DNA of 64,000 nt from an uncultured Bacilli bacterium (GTDB lineage: Bacteria > Bacillota_I > Bacilli_A > RF39 > UBA660). Below are positions 56,546 through 64,000 of this stretch, piece by piece; position 1 is the first letter of the stretch, and every line of letters starts with the position of its first letter. The DNA lies in the NCBI GenBank assembly GCA_910577505.1, contig CAJTLN010000002.1, forward strand, positions 183,707 to 247,706, read 5' to 3'. The notes beneath the pieces were generated by a model that searched no databases, was not told where the DNA came from, and worked only from the letters and a program-made list of their open reading frames with translations. Made by a program: the position numbers and the translations under genes.

Positions 56546-59500
56546 ATGATTTCTTTAGGTGATTTTAAACTTGATTCTAAAAGTTTAAACATAGATGGTA
56601 GTAATAATAATATTGTTACTACTAGTTCTATTAATACTGGAAATATTAAAAATAATGGATTTAAAAATGTTGATTTTTCAAATAAAACAGCAACAGAATT
56701 TGTAACTTTAGATTTGGATGATATTATTTCAAGTGAAAATAAAAAAAGTGAAATGGATTTAGATTTTCTTAAGGAACGTGCCCAAGAAAATGCAAGTAAG
56801 ATATTAGGAAGAATGTCTAATAATAATTTAAGCGATTTAGATGCTTTAAGTAAATTATCTAGTGAACAATTAGATTTATTATTAGGTGAATATAATAATT
56901 ATAAAGATAATATTGATTTAGAATTAAAAAAAGATAATGAAAAAAGCAAAGCTGCAATGTTAAATATGTCTAAAAGAAGTGTTGAGGAATATATTGAATT
57001 GCTTGGTTTTGCTAAAGATATGAAAACAGAAGAGTATCAAAAATATATTTATAATGATGTTGAAAATATGAGTTATGAAGAACTTGTTGGTTTTTATAAT
57101 GAATATATGTATTCTTATGACAGATTAAATAATTTTCCAACAAATGAAGATATAGAAAATTGGAAAAAATATAGTAACCCTAGTAATATCTTGAAACTTT
57201 TAGAATATTCTAAAAGATTTGAAGAGGTTGAGGGAGTTTCTTTAACGACGGTTAATGCTGCTTCATATCAGGAGCTTTTTCCTTCTTTAAATAGTGATTT
57301 AATTGAGTGCTATAGTTTAATGAGTGAAAGTGAAAAGAAATTATTTATGTTTTATAGTGATAAATATGGAAATGAAAAAACTCTAGATTATCTTAATGAA
57401 ATGCTACCTAGTTGGCGTCAAAGGGTTGCTTATGAGAATGTTTCAAATCGTATAAATAAATTAACTTTTGCAGATGAAGATGAAATAAAAGAATATGATA
57501 TTATGCTACGCATGGAAATGGATATACCTCTAGATAAAAGAAATGATATGAGTTTGCCTATATATAGAACTCCTTTAGAATATAGAAAATTTTATGAAAT
57601 GGAAATGAAGTTGCCTGTTGACCAACGTTTTAGTAGGTTAATTGATCCTGATGAGTATGAAGCAAAGTATAATGAAGCTTATGAAAAAGCTAGTGATGAA
57701 TTGTATAAGCAATATGAAACTGGACTTGTAAGAAATGATTTAAGTAATTTGTTTAATGTTTCGTCATCTGGTCTTAATGATGGTATTAATACTTTCTTTG
57801 ATGGAATCGGAAAAACTTTTGCTACTAATGGAGAATTAACAATTTCAGATTATGAAAAATTAATGTATATGTCATATTTAGAAAGTAATTCTTATGGATT
57901 GACTGATTATTATAATATTTCTTCCGCAGTTGGAAATATGTTACCTATTACAACAGCTGGTGTTTTGATGGGATTTGTATCTCCTGCATATTCTTCTAAG
58001 ATTGCACAAGGTTTAATGTTTACTTCTGCTTATGGAAATACTAGTAATCAAATGATGTATCAAGGATATAGTCCAAAGTTGTCAATTTTTTATGGTTTAG
58101 CTAGTGCATCTGTAGAGACTGCTTTAGAAAGCTTTGGGGGAGTTTTTGGCGTTTCTGATGATATTGGTAAAAGTGTATTAGTTAATTTGGGTAAAGAGGG
58201 AATAGAGGAAGCAGTACAGTCTGCTGTTCAGCTTGGTGTTATTGATTCTATTATGCTTGGAGAAGAGATTAATTTAGATAAAATAACAAGTGAAATGAAA
58301 GAATCTTTTTATAGTGGTGTAATTGTAGCAGGAATATTAAATTCTTATTCTTCTTCATTAGTTAATACTATTAATTTTGTCCAAAATGGGAATACCTTTT
58401 CTTTAACAAATGCTGATTTTGAAAATATTATTAAATTAAAGGAGAGTAATAATATTAGTTATGAAGAATCATTTTCAACTTATATTCAACATTTAACCCA
58501 AAATGATTATTCGGTATTACGAGATTTGAAAAATTTTAATTTAGAAAAGTTTTATACAGAAAATCAAAATGGAGGAATAATTATAATTACTCCTAATCAA
58601 ACTTTAGGAGCACAAACAGCAGATAATGGAGCTGGAGAGCATGGAGATAGAGTTAATGATATTTATAATCTTATATATAAAAATTTTAAACCAATAGAAA
58701 GTGCATGGCAGTATGATTCTAGAAATGAAAATAATATTGTAATACAATTGTGTACTGGTTGTGAGAGTGTTGTTTGGCTTCCTGATAATATGAATAAGTA
58801 TCAATTAGATGTTTTGAAATATTTTAATACAGAAATAGCTTCGATAAAAAACAAAACAAACGTTTCTGGTTTTATGATTACTGATAGAGAAATGGATTAT
58901 AATAAATCTTTTCATATGAGTTGTAATGATCTTTCAGGAGCTATTGAAGCAGGAACAAAAAGACTTAATAATAATATAAAAGGTAGTGATATTGTTTTAC
59001 AACTTTCTACATTAGATTCAATAAATTTTAGCCAACAAAATAAAATTGATAGTCAAGCAAGTAAAGGTGAATCTAGTGGGGTGTATGTGAGAAATTTGGA
59101 TATCAATACAAAGAATAGAATTAATACATTTAGGGAACAATTAAATAGTTATGGAAATAATGAAATAGTTGTAGATTTCTTATGCTTGGCTTTAGAAGAT
59201 TCATATAAAAGAGGAAATAACGATATAGATTCTTTTATTAATAAAATACATCAAAGCGGTATTCGTTTTGAACTTGGCAGTACTGGTACAGGTTCTAAAT
59301 CATGGGGAAGTGGAATAGTAACAATAGATCCAGTAAATATTGCTAATAATGATTATATATGTATTTTACATGAGATAGGACATCAATTTAATAATAAAGT
59401 AAATAATAGAAGACCTCCAAGCAATTGGATGAATACAATGCAATTAATGCAGCAAGTAGGAAATTATAGTAAAAATTCTGTATTAAATGATGTTTTTATT

Positions 59501-60040
59501 CGTCGAAATGTAAGGTATGGAGAAGCTGTTAATTTGCTTGATGGATTGTTGAAGAGTGAAGGATTTAATGAACGATTAGATTATTATAATTATTTGAATG
59601 ATAAATATAGTAATGTAGGTATTTTTCAAAAAAATAACGCTAAAAAGGAATTAAGAAATATGAAAGTAAGTGAGGATGTTATAAAAAGGTGGGCCTCAGG
59701 AAAAATATCTGCTTCGGATCTTGCTAATGAAATTATAAAAGCTCGTACTTCTTCTTTAGAATTAATGTCATCTTTTAAATCTGGAGATATCACTTTATGT
59801 GATATTGTTGATGGAGTATATATGGGAAAAGCTGAAGATTCATATGGTAATCCAATTTCAGGACATGGTGAACAATATTATAAATTTAATCCAGCTGAAG
59901 ATTCTTATGATGAAATAATGGCTAATTATATTGCATTAAAGATGAGAAATGATACTCAAACTATAAATAATTTAGAAAAAGTTTTTGGTAACGGATTCAT
60001 ACAGACTTTAGATAGTGAATATAATAAATTGGTTAGATAA
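56546..60040 (+). CDS. large (1164 aa) signal-less protein with a C-terminal zincin-like HExxH motif (ILHEIGHQF) and a central Gly/Ala-rich amphipathic segment. Candidate tail/tape-measure-like protein or toxin.
   Basis: GGAGGA RBS. HEIGH near residue 945. Hydrophobic G/A/S-rich region at about residues 470-600. Followed by an NlpC/P60 gene. Confidence 0.55.
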   Translation: MISLGDFKLDSKSLNIDGSNNNIVTTSSINTGNIKNNGFKNVDFSNKTATEFVTLDLDDIISSENKKSEMDLDFLKERAQENASKILGRMSNNNLSDLDALSKLSSEQLDLLLGEYNNYKDNIDLELKKDNEKSKAAMLNMSKRSVEEYIELLGFAKDMKTEEYQKYIYNDVENMSYEELVGFYNEYMYSYDRLNNFPTNEDIENWKKYSNPSNILKLLEYSKRFEEVEGVSLTTVNAASYQELFPSLNSDLIECYSLMSESEKKLFMFYSDKYGNEKTLDYLNEMLPSWRQRVAYENVSNRINKLTFADEDEIKEYDIMLRMEMDIPLDKRNDMSLPIYRTPLEYRKFYEMEMKLPVDQRFSRLIDPDEYEAKYNEAYEKASDELYKQYETGLVRNDLSNLFNVSSSGLNDGINTFFDGIGKTFATNGELTISDYEKLMYMSYLESNSYGLTDYYNISSAVGNMLPITTAGVLMGFVSPAYSSKIAQGLMFTSAYGNTSNQMMYQGYSPKLSIFYGLASASVETALESFGGVFGVSDDIGKSVLVNLGKEGIEEAVQSAVQLGVIDSIMLGEEINLDKITSEMKESFYSGVIVAGILNSYSSSLVNTINFVQNGNTFSLTNADFENIIKLKESNNISYEESFSTYIQHLTQNDYSVLRDLKNFNLEKFYTENQNGGIIIITPNQTLGAQTADNGAGEHGDRVNDIYNLIYKNFKPIESAWQYDSRNENNIVIQLCTGCESVVWLPDNMNKYQLDVLKYFNTEIASIKNKTNVSGFMITDREMDYNKSFHMSCNDLSGAIEAGTKRLNNNIKGSDIVLQLSTLDSINFSQQNKIDSQASKGESSGVYVRNLDINTKNRINTFREQLNSYGNNEIVVDFLCLALEDSYKRGNNDIDSFINKIHQSGIRFELGSTGTGSKSWGSGIVTIDPVNIANNDYICILHEIGHQFNNKVNNRRPPSNWMNTMQLMQQVGNYSKNSVLNDVFIRRNVRYGEAVNLLDGLLKSEGFNERLDYYNYLNDKYSNVGIFQKNNAKKELRNMKVSEDVIKRWASGKISASDLANEIIKARTSSLELMSSFKSGDITLCDIVDGVYMGKAEDSYGNPISGHGEQYYKFNPAEDSYDEIMANYIALKMRNDTQTINNLEKVFGNGFIQTLDSEYNKLVR

Positions 60041-60074
60041 AGAACATTTTTATGTTCTTTTTTTAGGAGATATA

Positions 60075-60755
60075 ATGAGAAAATATATAGTAGAAGGTTT
60101 TAATGTTGAATTTTATCAAGAATGGTTGGATAAGATAATTAAGAATAATGATAATATTAGAGATAGGATTGTAGCAATTGCAAAGTTTATGGCTTATCTT
60201 TTTCCTAAAATACCATATTTTTGGGGTGGAGGACATGGTTTAACGAAGTCAGAAATGATTGGATTAGATAAAGAATGGGGTACTTTGGATAAAATAAAAT
60301 ATAGTGGTTCTACACGATGGGAAAAAGATAAGCTATTTCCAAAATCGTTAGATTGTTCTGGATTTGTATCTTGGTGTTTAATTAATGCTGGATTTGATAT
60401 AGATTCTTTTATTAGTAAATTTGACGGATATGTACTTAATTCGTGGGAGATGACTAAACTTGGTCGTATCTATAAAATTACAGATGATAATTTATTATAT
60501 AATATAAATTTAGGAGATATTGCTTATATGAAGGGGCATGTTGGGATAATAATAGATATTGATTTTAATAGTAAAAGTATCTTAATAGTACATGTTTCAG
60601 GTAGTGGAGAAGGATTGAATATAACAGAAGTTAGTACGATGACAGGATGCATTATTAATGATGATTTGGGAGAAATGGAGAGTTTTAATCATTCAATTAA
60701 TAGAACAATGAAAAAATATTTTACAGATGTAATACATGTTGATTATGAAAAATAA
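60075..60755 (+). CDS. NlpC/P60-family cysteine peptidase (cell-wall hydrolase)
   Basis: Catalytic Cys context LDCSGFVSWC and His context GHVGIII. Start at the ATG with AGGAGA RBS (the annotated ORF starts 60 nt upstream). Confidence 0.7.
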   Translation: MRKYIVEGFNVEFYQEWLDKIIKNNDNIRDRIVAIAKFMAYLFPKIPYFWGGGHGLTKSEMIGLDKEWGTLDKIKYSGSTRWEKDKLFPKSLDCSGFVSWCLINAGFDIDSFISKFDGYVLNSWEMTKLGRIYKITDDNLLYNINLGDIAYMKGHVGIIIDIDFNSKSILIVHVSGSGEGLNITEVSTMTGCIINDDLGEMESFNHSINRTMKKYFTDVIHVDYEK

Positions 60756-60904
60756 GAGTCTTTTTTATGGTTGGAATTATAAATTAAATTTATGAAAATA
60801 TAATTAGATTTTATAATGATGTTAAATAATGTAAAAATGTAATTTTATAGTCAAAAAAAATTATTTTTTATGGTAAAATCATTAATGTTGGGAGGAATGT
60901 AATA

Positions 60905-63139
60905 ATGAGAGAAGAATGGAAAAATTTTAATGAGGGAGTTTGGACTAAAGAAATAAATGTTAGTGATTTTATTAAGAAAAACTATGTACCTTATACAGGT
61001 GGTGAAGAGTTTTTAGCTGGTCCAACTGAAAAAACAAAAAGAGTTTTAAAAATATATGAAGATGTCTGCAAAGAAGAAGTGAAAAAACATGTTGTAGACA
61101 TAGATGTTGATACTCCGGCTGGAATTAATGTTTTTAAGCCTGGATATATTTCAGAAGATGATGATGTAATTGTTGGTTTACAAACTGATCAATTATGTAA
61201 GAGAAGTATAGTTCCAAAAGGTGGACTAAAGATGGTTTATCAGGAATTAGATGCTTATGGATATAAGATGAATCCAGAACTAGATAAATTCTGTAAAACT
61301 AATTTAGTTAAGACACATAATGATGGTGTTTTTGATGCATATACAAAAGAAATTAGAACAGCGAGACATGTTAAATTGTTAACTGGTCTTCCAGATGCTT
61401 ATGGACGTGGTAGAATTATCGGCGATTATAGAAGAATTGCGTTATATGGTATTGATAAATTAATGGAAGAAAAGTTTAATGATTGGGATAATATGAAAAT
61501 TGATATAATGTCTCAAGATGTTATACGTTTACGTGAAGAAATATCAATGCAATATAAAGCTTTAAAAGAAATAAAAGAAATGGCAGCAAGTTATGGATTT
61601 GATATTTCTAAGCCAGCAAGCAATGCTAAAGAAGCTGTTCAATGGACATATTTTGGATACTTAGCTGCAATAAAGGAAAATAACGGAGCTGCAATGTCTT
61701 TGGGAAGAGTAGATGCTTTCTTTGATATTTTCTTTGAAAGAGATATAAAAAATGGTATTTTAACTGAGGAAGAAGCTCAAGAAATAATTGACCAATTTGT
61801 TATTAAATTAAGAGCGGCAAGACATTTGAGAACTCCAGATTATGATGAATTATTCTCTGGGGATCCAACTTGGGTAACTTGTTCTTTAGGCGGTATGACT
61901 AAAGATGGTAAAACAATGGTTAATAAAACTTCATTCCGTATTGTTCATACATTAGAAAACTTGGAGAGTGCACCAGAACCAAATATGACTATTTTATGGG
62001 CTCAAGATTTACCAGAAGCATGGAAAAAATATTGTGCTAAAGTTAGTATTGCTACTGATTCAATTCAATATGAAAATGATGATTTGATGCGTCCTTCAAT
62101 GGGAAATGATTATGCAATAGCTTGTTGTGTTTCTTCAATGAGAGTTGGTAAAGATATGCAATTCTTTGGAGCTCGTTGTAATTTAGCTAAAGCATTACTT
62201 TATTCAATAAATGGTGGAGTAGATGAGATGAAACGTCAACTAGTAATACCAGGTTTTGATAAAATGGAAGATGAAGTACTTGATTATGAAAAAGTAAAAG
62301 CTTCATATTATAAAATGATTAAGGAAGTTGCTAGAATTTATAGTGATGCAATGAATATTATTCATTATATGCATGATAGATATGCTTATGAAGCTGGTCA
62401 AATGGCGTTACATGATACATATGTTAATAGATTAATGGCTTATGGAGTTGCAGGTTTCTCTGTTGCTGTTGATTCACTATCAGCAATTAAATATGCTAAA
62501 GTAAAACCTATTCGTGATGAAGAAGGTATTACTGTAGATTTTGAAATTGAAGGTGATTATCCTAAATTTGGTAATGATGATGATAGAGTTGATGAAATTG
62601 GAAAAGAGTTACTTGAAAAAGTATATTCAGAATTAGCTTCTCATCCATGCTATAGAAATGCACAACCTACATTATCTGTTCTAACAATTACTTCAAATGT
62701 TGTATATGGCTCTAATACGGGAGCAACACCAGATGGAAGAAAAGCGGGAGTTGCATTTGCCCCTGGAGCTAATCCAATGCATGGAAGAGATGAATCAGGA
62801 GCAATAGCGTCACTTAACTCTGTTGCAAAACTAGATTGGGAAAATTGCTGTCGTGATGGAATTTCTAATACTTTCTCAATTGTACCTAATTCTTTAGGAA
62901 TAAATGATGAAGAAAGAACTAATAATTTAGTTCAGCTAATGGATGGTTATTTTGCACAAGGAGCACATCATTTAAATGTTAATGTTTTAAATAGAGAAAT
63001 GCTAATTGATGCAATGGAAAATCCAGATAAATATCCTTTACTTACTATAAGAGTATCAGGATACGCTGTTAGATTTAATAAACTAACTAGAAAACAACAA
63101 GAAGAAGTTATTTCTAGAACATTCCATGAGAAAATGTAA
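60905..63139 (+). CDS. pflB: formate C-acetyltransferase (pyruvate formate-lyase)
   Basis: Glycyl radical motif RVSGYAVRF near the C-terminus. Active-site CC (IACCVS). 744 aa. Confidence 0.92.
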   Translation: MREEWKNFNEGVWTKEINVSDFIKKNYVPYTGGEEFLAGPTEKTKRVLKIYEDVCKEEVKKHVVDIDVDTPAGINVFKPGYISEDDDVIVGLQTDQLCKRSIVPKGGLKMVYQELDAYGYKMNPELDKFCKTNLVKTHNDGVFDAYTKEIRTARHVKLLTGLPDAYGRGRIIGDYRRIALYGIDKLMEEKFNDWDNMKIDIMSQDVIRLREEISMQYKALKEIKEMAASYGFDISKPASNAKEAVQWTYFGYLAAIKENNGAAMSLGRVDAFFDIFFERDIKNGILTEEEAQEIIDQFVIKLRAARHLRTPDYDELFSGDPTWVTCSLGGMTKDGKTMVNKTSFRIVHTLENLESAPEPNMTILWAQDLPEAWKKYCAKVSIATDSIQYENDDLMRPSMGNDYAIACCVSSMRVGKDMQFFGARCNLAKALLYSINGGVDEMKRQLVIPGFDKMEDEVLDYEKVKASYYKMIKEVARIYSDAMNIIHYMHDRYAYEAGQMALHDTYVNRLMAYGVAGFSVAVDSLSAIKYAKVKPIRDEEGITVDFEIEGDYPKFGNDDDRVDEIGKELLEKVYSELASHPCYRNAQPTLSVLTITSNVVYGSNTGATPDGRKAGVAFAPGANPMHGRDESGAIASLNSVAKLDWENCCRDGISNTFSIVPNSLGINDEERTNNLVQLMDGYFAQGAHHLNVNVLNREMLIDAMENPDKYPLLTIRVSGYAVRFNKLTRKQQEEVISRTFHEKM

Positions 63140-63857
63140 TATGTTAGGTTCTGTTGATTCAATAGAAACTTTCGGCTTAGTAGATGGACCTGGTATTCGT
63201 ACTGTGGTCTTCTTAAATGGCTGTAGTTTAAGATGTAAATTTTGTCATAATCCTGAAATGTGGAAGATAAAAGAATTAAATTTTACATCAGATGATATAT
63301 TAAAAAAAGTTTTAAGAAGTAAACCTTATTTTAAAAATAATGGTGGAGTCACCTTCTCTGGTGGAGAACCATTGTTGCAATATGATTTCTTAGTTGAAAC
63401 TTGTAAAAAAATAAAGAAAGAGAATATCCATATTGCAATAGATACTGCAGGGATTGGAAATGGTGATTATAAAGAATTGTTTAAAGTTGTAGATATGGTT
63501 CTATTAGATATTAAACATATAACAGATGATGGTTATAAAAATATTACGGATAGGGATTATATTAATAATTTTTTTAACTTTGTAAGGCAATTAAATGAAA
63601 CGAATGTAGAAGTTTGGATTAGACAAGTAATAGTTCCTGGAATACATGATAATATTGAATATATAAAAGATTTATCTACTTTTATAAAAACAAATATAAA
63701 AAATGTTACTAGAGTTGATTTTTTACCATATCATAAATTGGGTGGAGATAAATATGATAAACTTGGCATAGATAATCCTTATAAGTTAATGCCAGAAATG
63801 GATAAAAATAAATGTGATGAATTGTATAAACTTTTTATGGAAGACTTTAATAAATAA
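63126..63857 (+). CDS. pflA: pyruvate formate-lyase activating enzyme (radical SAM)
   Basis: [12 protein letters not shown] (CxxxCxxC) radical-SAM cluster motif. Overlaps the pflB stop. Confidence 0.88.
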   Translation: MRKCNMLGSVDSIETFGLVDGPGIRTVVFLNGCSLRCKFCHNPEMWKIKELNFTSDDILKKVLRSKPYFKNNGGVTFSGGEPLLQYDFLVETCKKIKKENIHIAIDTAGIGNGDYKELFKVVDMVLLDIKHITDDGYKNITDRDYINNFFNFVRQLNETNVEVWIRQVIVPGIHDNIEYIKDLSTFIKTNIKNVTRVDFLPYHKLGGDKYDKLGIDNPYKLMPEMDKNKCDELYKLFMEDFNK

Positions 63858-63868
63858 AGTCTTTTTTT
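63841..63868 (+). terminator. rho-independent terminator after pflA
   Basis: aagacttt/aaagtctt stem followed by T5. Confidence 0.55.
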
Positions 63869-63952
63869 GTAAAGTAAAATATAGTTTATTTGACCTTATA
63901 TAAGTTTTTATGGTAAGGTAGTAACGTTTGTAAAACAGAAAGGGGAATGTTT

Positions 63953-64000
63953 ATGAAAATAATTACAAATAGTAGTAAAAATGGTGAAGCTGTATATGTT
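63953..64000 (+). CDS. 5' end of a CDS continuing beyond the window
   Basis: ATG with AAAGGGGAA RBS. The frame is open to the window edge. Confidence 0.3.
   Translation, partial: MKIITNSSKNGEAVYV

Overview
This is an AT-rich (roughly 27-29% GC) bacterial chromosomal segment with standard genetic code. Its gene content looks like a low-GC Firmicute with a reduced, host-associated genome. Nearly all genes read on the + strand. Recognisable housekeeping content: a compact alaS behind a T-box leader; the dnaG-rpoD(sigA)-trmK operon; valS behind a second T-box leader; a small alarmone synthetase; xseA-xseB; a stand-alone murD preceded by a PP-loop-like Cys-rich protein; an ABC-2 exporter pair; pflB-pflA at the 3' end; and seven tRNA genes (Met/Ile2-CAU, Leu-UAG, Glu-UUC, Ile-GAU, Lys-CUU, Ser-GCU). 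Accessory content: a prepilin peptidase lying convergent with an orphan PilB/ComGA-like ATPase that carries an unusual charged C-terminal tail; a SpoIVB-like S55 peptidase; a cluster of signal-less peptidoglycan hydrolases (M15, M23, NlpC/P60) plus an 1164-aa HExxH protein embedded among tRNA genes; and many lineage-specific membrane or surface proteins in tandem paralogous sets (a 3x ~200-aa family, a zinc-ribbon pair, a WG-like repeat pair, N/Q-rich proteins, and an 8x internally repeated protein). I saw no CRISPR array, rRNA, transposase or integrase. The most unusual signals are: both T-box leaders drive an extra small enzyme gene ahead of the aaRS; the short AlaRS lacks C-Ala; murD is translationally coupled to a PP-loop-like gene; and the hydrolase/HExxH block sits among tRNAs.
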